Source of the DNA: an uncultured Thermoplasmata archaeon
GTDB lineage: Archaea; Thermoplasmatota; Thermoplasmata; Lutacidiplasmatales; UBA184
DNA: 64,000 nt
Assembly (NCBI GenBank): GCA_963730815.1
Contig: CAVSTD010000008.1
Location: forward strand, 400,693 to 464,692
Reading direction: 5' to 3'
The position numbers were made by a program, and so were the translations under genes. Positions 8,043 to 16,871 of the stretch are shown piece by piece. Under the pieces are notes generated by a model. It did no database searches. It was not told the DNA's origin and was given only the letters and a program-made list of their open reading frames with translations. Within the stretch, counting starts at the first letter, position 1. Every line of letters begins with the position of its first letter.

Positions 8043-10535
8043 ATGACTGTAATGACCATGACTTCACGACGGGGAGGCCGCACGTCTTGGCTCGAAGACC
8101 GCGTAACCCCGGCCCGGTCCTCATCCTGCGTGATACTAATCATTCTGGTCATGGTCCTAGGGATCGTCCCGACATCCCACAGGGTCGACGTCCCCACCTC
8201 AACGGTCAGCTCACAAGTCTCCGATGGTCCGGCCCTTCCCCAGTCCTCCACCAGCTCCCCGAGGGATTTCTCCCCGCTCGCGGGGGACTTACCAGCGTCA
8301 GAGTCGATATCTGTCGGCTACAGCCCCGGAGGTGCCGCCTTTGACTCCTCCACTGGATACGTCTACGTCACCGGGTCCAACATCTCGGTCATTGACGGAA
8401 CATCAGTCATTGCATCGATACCTGTCGGCGGGGTGGGAGCCGTATTTGATCCTGCGAATGGATATGTCTACGTTACCAATGATTCCACAATCCACCCGGC
8501 GGGAGAATGTCCGAACGGAAGTCCGGGCTGTGTCTTTGTGATCAGCGGAACTTCGATCGTCGCTTCGATACCTGTCGGCAGTTTCCCCAGAGGAGCCGCC
8601 TTTGATTCCGCCACCGAAGAGGTCTACGTTGCAAACGAGCGATCGGCCAACGTCTCGGTGATTAATGGGAGTTCGGTCGTCGCATCGATATCTCTCCCCC
8701 CTAACTCAGATCCAAATTCGGCCGCCTTCGATTCCTCCAACGGAAATGTCTACCTTACCGATCAATGTTCAGGTGGTTCGGAGTGCGTCTCGGTGATTCA
8801 TGGGACAGCGATTACCACATCGATACCCCTCGAAGGAGCGTCGGTAGCGACTTTTGACTCCGCGAATCAACGAGTCTACGTCGCGGGGACCAACGCAACG
8901 GGGGGCCACGTCTACGTGATTAGTGGAGCGTCGGTCGTCGCATCGATATCGCTACCGAATGTCGCTGCCGACAGCACGGCCGCAGGAATCGCGTTTGATT
9001 CCATCAATGGATACGTCTACTCCGCTTGGGGCGGGTATGGCTTGACATCGAGCGAGGAGGTTTCAGTAATCAATGGAACTTCCGTCATCGAATCGATATA
9101 CCCGTCATTTAACGGGGCGAATCTCTTGGGAGCGACATTCGATCCCGCAGCCGGACTGGTTGATGTCACGTACGATTATGTGGACTATCCATCCGGCTAT
9201 GTCTGGGTGATCAACGGGTCCAACTTCTACCCTACTATATCATCCTTCACCGCGAACCCCGACGTGGTGGAAATCGACTCGTCCTCGGCCTCGACCACCA
9301 TGTTCGAAGTAAACTCAACACGAGGTGAAGGGCCCTCGAACTTCACCTATGCCGACCTCCCCCCAGGCTGCGTCACCTCTAACACATCGAATCTAATGTG
9401 CACGCCGAATCGTCCCGGCGCTTACGCGGTCCACGTTCTTGTCACCGACAGCGCAGGGTATAGCGCGGAGGCCGCGACGATGCTGACCGTTGACGGCCCG
9501 ATAACGGCTTCCGCGACCGCGACCCCGAACCGAACCGACGCGGGCGTGTTGATGAGCTTCGCCTCGAACCCATCCGGTGGAATAGGCCCCGACACCTTCG
9601 CTTGGCTTTTCGGGGACGGGGGGTCTTCCGACGCTCAGAACCCCTTTCACGCGTACGGGACCCCCGGGAGTTACTCCGCACAAGTTTGGGTCAACGATTC
9701 GGCAGGAGTTTCGACCAAGAGCACAGTCTTGGTTTCGATCGATACGGCACTCCAAGTGGCGCTCTCCGTTTCGAACGCGACTCCTGTTCTCGGTCAATCG
9801 ATTGCGATCGACGTAAACGCCACGGGCGGCGTAGCCCCTTACACGTATGCTTACGTCGGTCTCCCTCCCGGATGCGTCTCGGTCAACGGCTCGACAATCG
9901 GTTGCTTCCCTACCCAGGCCGGATACTACAATCTGAGCGCAACAGTCACCGACCAAAACGGGGTATCGACCAACTCATCGACCCCTCTCGAGATCGTTTT
10001 CGAGTTCACCGTGGCGGTCCCCGCTCGAACCACGGTTAATCACGCATTCAGTCTTTCTGTCCACGTTTACGGAAGCGACGAGACACTCACGTACAACTAC
10101 GTCGGCCTGCCACCCGGATGCGCCTCCGTCGATGCTCCGCAGGTAGTCTGCACTCCCACCCGAGTGGGCAGTTACAACATCTCGATCTCAGTCCAAGATC
10201 TGGCCGGGCACCACGCCACCCATCAGGTGAGGGTGGAGGTTGTCAGCGGCGGATCTCAGTCGATTTGGTCGTTCCTGGAATCGCCCCTCCTCCTCGGAGG
10301 GCTGATAGCCGCCCTCGTGGCGATTGTGCTGGTCGCCGTCGTTCTGAACTCGGGTCGAAGGAGTTCAACCAGCCCCCGGTCAGACTTGTATTCAGCCTAC
10401 CGAGTCTCACCGAGAACGGCCTCTCCCTCGGGCCCAGATTCGCCCAGTCCGACGCAACGCGGGAGGCCAGTGATTCCACCAGGGTCACCAAGCTCGGAGG
10501 CGGCCGAGGAAGACTCCCTTTCTGATCTGGTCTGA
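8043..10535 (+). CDS. cell-surface protein: YVTN beta-propeller repeats + PKD/Ig-like domains + C-terminal TM anchor
   Basis: ORF 7776..10535. ATG 8043 precedes a signal-anchor (SSSCVILIILVMVLGIVPTS). Repeated AAFDSxxGxVYVT..SVIxG(T/S)SV(I/V)ASIP units; PKD motif FAWLFGDGGSSDAQNPFHAYGTPGSYSAQVWVNDSAGVS; three YVGLPPGC modules; TM LLLGGLIAALVAIVLVAVVL; Ser/Pro-rich acidic tail; many N-x-S/T sequons. Confidence 0.8.
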   Translation: MTVMTMTSRRGGRTSWLEDRVTPARSSSCVILIILVMVLGIVPTSHRVDVPTSTVSSQVSDGPALPQSSTSSPRDFSPLAGDLPASESISVGYSPGGAAFDSSTGYVYVTGSNISVIDGTSVIASIPVGGVGAVFDPANGYVYVTNDSTIHPAGECPNGSPGCVFVISGTSIVASIPVGSFPRGAAFDSATEEVYVANERSANVSVINGSSVVASISLPPNSDPNSAAFDSSNGNVYLTDQCSGGSECVSVIHGTAITTSIPLEGASVATFDSANQRVYVAGTNATGGHVYVISGASVVASISLPNVAADSTAAGIAFDSINGYVYSAWGGYGLTSSEEVSVINGTSVIESIYPSFNGANLLGATFDPAAGLVDVTYDYVDYPSGYVWVINGSNFYPTISSFTANPDVVEIDSSSASTTMFEVNSTRGEGPSNFTYADLPPGCVTSNTSNLMCTPNRPGAYAVHVLVTDSAGYSAEAATMLTVDGPITASATATPNRTDAGVLMSFASNPSGGIGPDTFAWLFGDGGSSDAQNPFHAYGTPGSYSAQVWVNDSAGVSTKSTVLVSIDTALQVALSVSNATPVLGQSIAIDVNATGGVAPYTYAYVGLPPGCVSVNGSTIGCFPTQAGYYNLSATVTDQNGVSTNSSTPLEIVFEFTVAVPARTTVNHAFSLSVHVYGSDETLTYNYVGLPPGCASVDAPQVVCTPTRVGSYNISISVQDLAGHHATHQVRVEVVSGGSQSIWSFLESPLLLGGLIAALVAIVLVAVVLNSGRRSSTSPRSDLYSAYRVSPRTASPSGPDSPSPTQRGRPVIPPGSPSSEAAEEDSLSDLV

Positions 10536-10607
10536 CTCCTGCTTCGAACTCCTTCTCGGAAGGCTAATCCAACCGCTCAAGCTAGAGGTCGCTAGTGGTC
10601 CTGCCCT

Positions 10608-11678
10608 TTGCGAGAGATTTCCCGTGCGGAGGCCATCGTCATTGCCGAGCTCTTGGCTGGCTCAGGAACCCCCCGCAACGTCTCCACTAACGATCGCGTT
10701 CCCCGGAGGACGCGGCAAGCCATTCACCAGAGACTTGTTGCTCGGGGTTCGATCAAGGAGCGCTATCTTCCCGATCCGGCGGTTCTGGGCCGGCCGATTG
10801 TTACCTTTGCCTTCGGCCACCCATATGCCGAGATGCAATCCCGCGCCCTCGCGACGTGGCGGTCGCATGAGGGAGGAGTCGACGTATGGGCCTTCAAGGA
10901 CGCCATGTTTGGGGTCTTCTTTCTAAGGGAATTGCAAGGCGTCTCCGCTCTGCACGAACTATTGGGTAATCCAACAGTCTGCCGAGACATATTCTTCCTT
11001 GATTGTGATTCGAGAGAACCCACTGTTCCCGTTTTCTTCGATTTTGAGGCGTCGTGGGCCCAGATCTCGGGCCTTAACAGCACTTTGGCCTACCCCCATT
11101 CCCTTCCGTCCGCAGTCCGGACCGGGGAAGGCCCGTCTGCAGGGCTTTCGAAAGCAGACCGTGAGGCGCTTCACTCTATGCTGACGCGCCAGCTTCCTTC
11201 CGGCCGGGTATCCGGCTCATCTGCATGGATGCATCGAATCGCCCAAGGGACACGGGAACGCCGCCTTGTGCGCGGTGGGGTGGGGGAGTTCCGGTCTTTC
11301 CTCGACCCGGCCGCTTGTTCACGTTGGGCCAGCAACTTCCCGGAAGCGCTCGCATTTGTTCGGGGAGTTCTTGTAGAGACGGCGACGGCTCCCGAACTAT
11401 TTCGTTTGCTCGTCACTGACTGCCGGGTTAACCCGTTTCTCTTCACGACCGACGGCAGGTCCGTGCTATTCGCTTGTCTGTCCAATCGAGTCGAGGACCG
11501 GGAGGAAATCTCCGTATCCCAACGGATCGCCCTACTCCCAACGGTTCAGAGGTTTCTCCGGCAAATCGTAGTTCTGCGGGAGCCGCTTGTCGATCTCGAC
11601 ACCTTAGTCGATCACCGTTACGATCGGCCGTTCTCCGAACTGCCCAAGAAAGAGGACTCCCGAGTCGAAACAGATTAG
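10608..11678 (+). CDS. hypothetical protein with two tandem HTH-plus-effector-like modules (putative regulator)
   Basis: ORF with a TTG start. Internal duplication: RLVARGSIKERYLPDPAVLG..IVTFAFGH in half 1 and RLVRGGVGEFRSFLDPAACS..ALAFVRGV in half 2. No catalytic motif. Confidence 0.55.
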   Translation: MREISRAEAIVIAELLAGSGTPRNVSTNDRVPRRTRQAIHQRLVARGSIKERYLPDPAVLGRPIVTFAFGHPYAEMQSRALATWRSHEGGVDVWAFKDAMFGVFFLRELQGVSALHELLGNPTVCRDIFFLDCDSREPTVPVFFDFEASWAQISGLNSTLAYPHSLPSAVRTGEGPSAGLSKADREALHSMLTRQLPSGRVSGSSAWMHRIAQGTRERRLVRGGVGEFRSFLDPAACSRWASNFPEALAFVRGVLVETATAPELFRLLVTDCRVNPFLFTTDGRSVLFACLSNRVEDREEISVSQRIALLPTVQRFLRQIVVLREPLVDLDTLVDHRYDRPFSELPKKEDSRVETD

Positions 11679-12160
11679 CAGACCCCGGTCCGTTCATCGA
11701 CAGAAGCGGCCCAGGCGACCGGGGCCCTCTGCGTTCAGTATTCGAATACAGTGGGGGTTCCAGCCGTTACTCTATCTAGCTCTGTGCGTCCGTCCAAGTA
11801 TCGAGCGATGAAAATCAATCCCGTTCGGAAACTGGACATCAATGATAATCTAGGAAGGGCGGGCTTAAGACGCGTAACAGAATAACAACAGCCCACAACC
11901 TTCTGGCTACTATCACCGTGCGGAAGGTGTCGTTCAATCCTTGACGTGTCGTTTAGTCGATTTGGCTGTCGTTTTATCCATCTCCAGTAAGAATCCGACC
12001 CTTCTTTGAGGCCGAGGAGGCGAAAAATCAGCATCTCGAATCCGGGTCCATAACCTCGGATGCCTCGGCTGCCAGATCGTCATGGTCTCCCCACCAAAGG
12101 CCCGGAAGCTATATCCGGTGCCTCCCCCTTAAGCGCGACAGGTCATCCGGGGGACCTTAG

Positions 12161-14269
12161 ATGCCTAGCCTCAGTGGTTCCGTAACGGCCGCGCAATCGA
12201 GTTCGATGTCCACTTTGACAACAGGCGCACTGACTTCAGTAGCCAAGGACGTGATCGTGATAGGCATCTCGATCCCAAGCGCAACTGTTACGGTCAGATC
12301 CATCACGGACAGTGCCGGCAATACTTACTCGAACAGGACTCGGACGCACGGGACCGGAATCTCCGGAGAAGTCTGGACCGCGCCGAGCCCGTCCGCCTCG
12401 ACCTCCAACACGATCACGATAACCCTCTCCTCCGCTACCAGCGGCTGGGCCGTTGCTGCAGGGTCATATTCTGGAGTCTCGGCGTTTGACGCGGCGGGTA
12501 CGGCTCAATCAGCTAATTCTAGCGCGGTGAGCGTAAGCGCTACGGCTTCCAACCCTGCGGTGATCATGATTGGACACGTTTTCACGACACCGGCGGTCAC
12601 GACCTCGGGCCTGACGAGCGGTTACCTCGACATCCCAGGCTCATCGACCAGCTACTTGGTTCACCAGAGTTACTTGCTCAGAGGCGTTACTGGGTCTAAC
12701 ACTTTTGCGGAGACACTCAGCGCAAGCCAGAATCACGTTGCCATCTTAATCGCGCTGGTCATTACCGAGTGGTCCTCGATAGCGGAGTCCGGTAAGCCTT
12801 TCGTGACAGTCTCCCCTGGCGGGATTGAGAATGGTTTGGCGACGATTCCGAACAACGGAGCCGACTTCGGACCGGACAGCACAGTCGGGGGTGTAATGAC
12901 TTCTACGAGCGGCATCCAGGAAGCGTTGAACTATGGTTACGTAAATGACGCGGCGGTCGTATTGCTAGAAGGGACATTCAACATAACTAGCCCTATCATG
13001 CTGGAGTCTTACGCAACCCTCACCGGTCAAGGTCGACAATCTGTCATCCAAGCCCTCGCCGGGTTCTCCTCAAGCGGTAGCCTCCTTTACTTCGACACGA
13101 CGAAGGGAGCGAACATAGACAACATCACGATTGCTCATCTCGCAATCATTGGGAACAATGGGGCGAGTTCCACGGGAATAACGGCAACAGCAGGGACGGG
13201 TTACGTCGTAGACTTCCTGCTGCTCGACGACATACTTATTGTTGGAGTGAACACCGGCCTAAACCTCACCGCCGTTAGAGGAAGCTCCATACGGTCCATT
13301 GTGATCACGAACCAGGAGAATACCCCTTTTTACGGAATCTACCTTCAGGATTGCGTTAACGTGAGTATCTCAGGTTGCTACATTCTAGCCTGCACCAAGG
13401 GACTCTGGTTCGATCGCTCTTCGACGACGGTTCAGAACCAAGGCATCATCACGTCCGGCTGCTGGATCTTAACTTGCGTAACTGACCTTACTATTCAAGA
13501 CGGCCTGGCACTGAAATTTTCTGATTGCATTTTTGACACTGCCACCTACCAGGATGGCATCGGCATCATCAGCGGAGGGACTGATATCGTATTCCACGGC
13601 TGCTGGTTTGCCTCCAACAACTCGGCCACGACTCAATTCTTCGCCATCAGCCCAGCAGATCCAGCTGCCTTTTTCACGTTACAGCAGATAGAATTTCTCG
13701 CCTGTTATTTTGTGAACATGCAGGCGGGTGTAAACATCTATTACGACAGTGCGAGCTTGCGACGACCCCAGTTCATCGTCTTTGACGCTTGCTCGTTCAA
13801 CACGAATACGGCCCCAGGCAACTACGATGTGGTGATCAACAACGCTGATCACGTTTACTTCACGGATTGCAACTGGCCGGATTCCACGGGGAGTGGGAAC
13901 CTAATCGAACTGCACGGTTCGGGGGGTGCTCCGCCGAGTGATATCGTAGTGAAAGGAGGCTACATGGCAAAGGGCTACTCGGGCCTCTCGCTCCTTGCGG
14001 GCACGATCCTTCTGTTCAAAGTAGCCAACGTGAACCCTGTCCCCGGATACAGCGTGACCGCTGGAGCCTCCATCTACACCTTCCCGCTTCTCCCATTCGA
14101 CGCGGTTTACGTGATGACCACGGTTGGCGGAATCAGCGCGTTGACACTCGATGGGCAGGGTCTAGGCAGCTCGTTTTTCCCTGGCCTGCAGGTGTTCGTT
14201 GGTGCGAACCACACTCTGACTGCCAAATGGGCTACAACCGCGCCGGTGTTCTCGATCCTCCCTCTATAG
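12161..14269 (+). CDS. right-handed parallel beta-helix (pectate-lyase/tailspike-like) protein, no signal peptide
   Basis: ORF 12161..14269. N-terminal Ser/Thr-rich beta-sandwich-like ~200 aa, then TSGIQEALNYGYVNDAAVVLLEGTFNITSPI (pectate_lyase_3-like entry) and repeated I/V-x-I-x-G/N-C coils (NITIAHLAIIGNN, VSISGCYILACT, DIVFHGCWFASNN, HVYFTDCNWPDS). Confidence 0.8.
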   Translation: MPSLSGSVTAAQSSSMSTLTTGALTSVAKDVIVIGISIPSATVTVRSITDSAGNTYSNRTRTHGTGISGEVWTAPSPSASTSNTITITLSSATSGWAVAAGSYSGVSAFDAAGTAQSANSSAVSVSATASNPAVIMIGHVFTTPAVTTSGLTSGYLDIPGSSTSYLVHQSYLLRGVTGSNTFAETLSASQNHVAILIALVITEWSSIAESGKPFVTVSPGGIENGLATIPNNGADFGPDSTVGGVMTSTSGIQEALNYGYVNDAAVVLLEGTFNITSPIMLESYATLTGQGRQSVIQALAGFSSSGSLLYFDTTKGANIDNITIAHLAIIGNNGASSTGITATAGTGYVVDFLLLDDILIVGVNTGLNLTAVRGSSIRSIVITNQENTPFYGIYLQDCVNVSISGCYILACTKGLWFDRSSTTVQNQGIITSGCWILTCVTDLTIQDGLALKFSDCIFDTATYQDGIGIISGGTDIVFHGCWFASNNSATTQFFAISPADPAAFFTLQQIEFLACYFVNMQAGVNIYYDSASLRRPQFIVFDACSFNTNTAPGNYDVVINNADHVYFTDCNWPDSTGSGNLIELHGSGGAPPSDIVVKGGYMAKGYSGLSLLAGTILLFKVANVNPVPGYSVTAGASIYTFPLLPFDAVYVMTTVGGISALTLDGQGLGSSFFPGLQVFVGANHTLTAKWATTAPVFSILPL

Positions 14270-14427
14270 GCGAGTCAGCTGATAGCACGATTCTCGCGAA
14301 TCTCTGATCGCTCGGGCTACCGTTCTCGAAGCAAACCTGAACAACCTTGGATTTCCAACGTACGTCAACCCTTTGCCGCAGCCTTCCCTCCGAGGGCGTG
14401 ACCGGAAGCGAGGACTGTGGAGTGAGC

Positions 14428-14628
14428 ATGGCCAGCCCGTCCTTTGATCGGGACGTCTTCATCACCGACGGAACGCAATTTCACCCTATCGACAGGGTCG
14501 TGGTCCGCTCCTCCGGGGTGTATGTCCTCGATCCAAACGCTCCGGACGCTGGGAAAATTTCTTACCATTCGACCGGAGCAATCAACCTGGGGCAACCAAA
14601 GTACGATCCCCCGGTACTCTATGGCTAG
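14428..14628 (+). CDS. small hypothetical protein
   Basis: ORF 14347..14628 with ATG at 14428 (MASPSFDRDVFITDGTQFHPIDRVVVRSSGVYVLDP...). No recognisable motif; inside the island. Confidence 0.3.
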   Translation: MASPSFDRDVFITDGTQFHPIDRVVVRSSGVYVLDPNAPDAGKISYHSTGAINLGQPKYDPPVLYG

Positions 14629-14890
14629 CTCGACGCGCCCGAACGTGGCCACGGTTACCAATACATTAGTCCCCGGGCACTCGTCACAAGGAGGCTCCGC
14701 CCTCTCCTCGATGAGTCAACCTCGAAGGGACCTTCCGACAGAAGGGCGGGACTAGTTGTCGACATCCGGGAGCAGCCACCAAACTCAGGGGTCCTTGAGA
14801 TCGACTTCGGTGTAAGATGCCCTGTCACCTGCCATCAAGCAATTGACTGCTCGTTTCCGTCCCGACGTTTCGCTAGAGACGAGACTACCC

Positions 14891-15127
14891 TCACGACGAG
14901 ATTGTTGGTGATCTCCGCTTCCTGGCTGCCGCCCCTTTCGTGAGAGATGGTGAGGCGCCCGAGCCCTTACGAACCATAGCTGATCGGCCTGTGACGTCCA
15001 CTTCCCAGGAAATCGAATCGCCGGGCTCAAGTCCTAGGACGGTCGCCACCGACTGCGGAACCGTCGTTTTCAGCGAGTCAGAGCCCGGGGACGCCTTGAA
15101 CGCCTTAGATTCGAAAGCCTTCGGCAT
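14891..15127 (-). CDS. AbrB/SpoVT-family DNA-binding protein
   Basis: LKTTVPQSVATVLGLEPGDSISWEVDVTGRSAMV is the looped-hinge/swapped-hairpin signature. Basic tail KGAAARKRRS. Confidence 0.7.
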   Translation of the reverse strand: MPKAFESKAFKASPGSDSLKTTVPQSVATVLGLEPGDSISWEVDVTGRSAMVRKGSGASPSLTKGAAARKRRSPTISS

Positions 15128-15222
15128 ACGACCTCCAGACCCGCCTAGACGCGCTCAGGGTCATATAAGTGGCCTATCAGGAGGGCGATGTATAGACCTC
15201 ATCCTTAAATACAACCGGGCGT

Positions 15223-15244
15223 ATAGGTCTATTTAGAGACCTAT
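15223..15244. promoter_or_regulatory. perfect inverted repeat ATAGGTCT-N6-AGACCTAT overlapping the transposase start codon; extra half-site TATAGACCT at 15191-15199
   Basis: Read directly. Lies in the 115-nt divergent region between the AbrB gene and the SWIM-DDE transposase gene. Confidence 0.4.
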
Positions 15245-16538
15245 GAATGGGACACGAGGGACCTGGAACGGGGAAACTGAAGCCAGGGCAATCAGGCTGC
15301 TCTCGACTAAGCGTGAGCGAGTGCGGGCGGAGGGTCGGCTCCGTTTCAGCGTTCGGTCCTCTGACGACTTGAGGAACTACGAAGTCGTCGCTGATGCCGA
15401 CGGTTGGAGCTGTGAATGCCCCGCGTGGCTCGATCGGAATACTCCCTGTAAGCACATCCTCGAGACAGTGATTTGGCTCGACCCCAATCCGCCTCCTATC
15501 TACGACGCGGCGGCCGAACCGACGAGGCCCACCTACACACAGCCTGACTGGGGAGCGTATGATCGAGGGCAGCAGCTCGAACATCAAGTGTTCGACCGCT
15601 ACCTTTGGGACTTAGTTGGCGGACTTCACGAAACGCCGTGGCCGAGGGCCAAGCGCGGTCGGCCGGTAATCCCGCTTCGGACTCAGGTGATGATGGCCGT
15701 GCGTAAGGTACACCTCAACCAATCGACCCGCCGCCCCCGGGGGCTACTGGTCGCCCTGAATCAGGACGGGAAGGGGCTTCTTAGTAGGGTCCCGAATTAC
15801 TCGGTCCCTTCCCGCTTTTTCAACCGGCCTCTGGCGACGGGGGTGCTTGTGGACCTGATCGAACGGAGTGGCCTCGTACTGAAGGACATCGAGGACGCAG
15901 GGACAGTCGCGATCGATTCTTCCGGATTCTCCACGTCGACGATGGGGGCGTACTTCACTGAAAAGTATGCCCCGGAGCGACGGCACGGATTCGTCAAGGC
16001 TCACCTCGCGGTGGGCGTCAAGTCGCACGTCGTCCTTTCTGTCAGGGTTACGGATGAGCATGGGGGGGACTCGCCGGAATTCATCCCGCTCCTCCGTCGG
16101 CTCACCGAAATCGGGCATTCCCCCGACCGAGTCACGGCCGACAAGGCCTACCTGAGTCACGGGAATCTCGCTGCGGCCGATGCACTAGGGATCGACCCCT
16201 ACGTCCCGTTCAAGGTCAATTCGCGTGGCCTGGCAAGGTGTTCGCCTATGTGGAACCGAAAGTATCACGAATTCCAGCTCAGACGAGACGAGTTCGACTC
16301 GGCCTACCACCAGCGAAGCAACGTCGAGTCCACATTCTCAGCGATTAAGCGGAAACTCGGTGAACCTTTGCTCTCAAAGAGCACGTTCGCACGGCTCAAC
16401 GAACTCCTGGCGAAGATTCTCGCTTACAACGTCGGTGTAGTGATCAGCCAGGCTCATCTTCACGGCCTCGAGCCGAGCCCGACGAGCTTCATTCCTAGGT
16501 CCCCCGCACTGACGCACCTGGGGGAGGCGGCCTGGTGA
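15243..16538 (+). CDS. SWIM zinc-finger + DDE (IS4/IS5-like) transposase
   Basis: SWIM motif WSCECPAWLDRNTPCKHILE. DDE candidates AIDSSGF, VTADKAYLS and YHQRSNVESTFSAIKRKLG (the Y-x-x-R-x-x-x-E block typical of DDE_Tnp_1). Confidence 0.85.
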   Translation: MNGTRGTWNGETEARAIRLLSTKRERVRAEGRLRFSVRSSDDLRNYEVVADADGWSCECPAWLDRNTPCKHILETVIWLDPNPPPIYDAAAEPTRPTYTQPDWGAYDRGQQLEHQVFDRYLWDLVGGLHETPWPRAKRGRPVIPLRTQVMMAVRKVHLNQSTRRPRGLLVALNQDGKGLLSRVPNYSVPSRFFNRPLATGVLVDLIERSGLVLKDIEDAGTVAIDSSGFSTSTMGAYFTEKYAPERRHGFVKAHLAVGVKSHVVLSVRVTDEHGGDSPEFIPLLRRLTEIGHSPDRVTADKAYLSHGNLAAADALGIDPYVPFKVNSRGLARCSPMWNRKYHEFQLRRDEFDSAYHQRSNVESTFSAIKRKLGEPLLSKSTFARLNELLAKILAYNVGVVISQAHLHGLEPSPTSFIPRSPALTHLGEAAW

Positions 16539-16788
16539 TGACCCAGCCGATTCAGCAGCCCTGTAGCCTGCGTCACTCAAGGAAGATCACGATGCGCGGC
16601 CACGGAGTCATGGTGGGAGGGACTTCCAACGACATGCCGCCACCACCATAGAAGGGGGTCACACCCCCCTCTCGAGTTCAGAAAAACCCCTTTGTTCTCC
16701 TGTGATTGTAATCGGGGGTTTGGGAATCAAACCTCCGACCTCGAATTGGTGGTCTTGCTAAAATCCCAAAGTCAGGCAGATATCTATC

Positions 16789-16798
16789 TTTTTATATG
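16789..16798 (+). promoter_or_regulatory. TATA-like box TTTTTATATG upstream of dnaK
   Basis: AT-rich element ~75 nt upstream of the dnaK ATG in an otherwise GC-rich region. Confidence 0.35.
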
Positions 16799-16871
16799 AG
16801 CGCTTTCTTACTTATCGCGAAGGAAGACGGGGTTCCTGCGGCGCAGCGGCGGGGTCCCCGGCAGCACAACC

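Larger units (their letters stand above)
7780..16710. other. lower-GC genomic island (approximate limits)
   Basis: Visibly AT-richer than the flanks, most strongly at 11.7-16.8 kb. Accessory-type gene content plus a transposase. An imperfect direct repeat CTGTGATT(T/G)TAAT(T)CGG sits near both limits (7781-7796 and 16700-16714). Confidence 0.45.

Noticed and set aside
11735-12034. 99-aa reverse ORF in the AT-rich spacer between the island regulator and the beta-helix gene
   Set aside because: No motif, odd composition and no plausible start context. It is more likely non-coding promoter or spacer DNA.
16700-16790. Possible tRNA or integration-target tRNA at the right island border (GGTTT-GGGAATC-AAACC-TCCGACC resembles a T-arm plus acceptor 3' strand), and the similar fragment at 7700-7725 on the opposite strand
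   Set aside because: No matching 5' acceptor strand, D-arm or anticodon arm could be built on either strand, even allowing a BHB intron. The loop sequences lack the T-loop consensus. The two fragments are in opposite orientation, so they are not an att pair.
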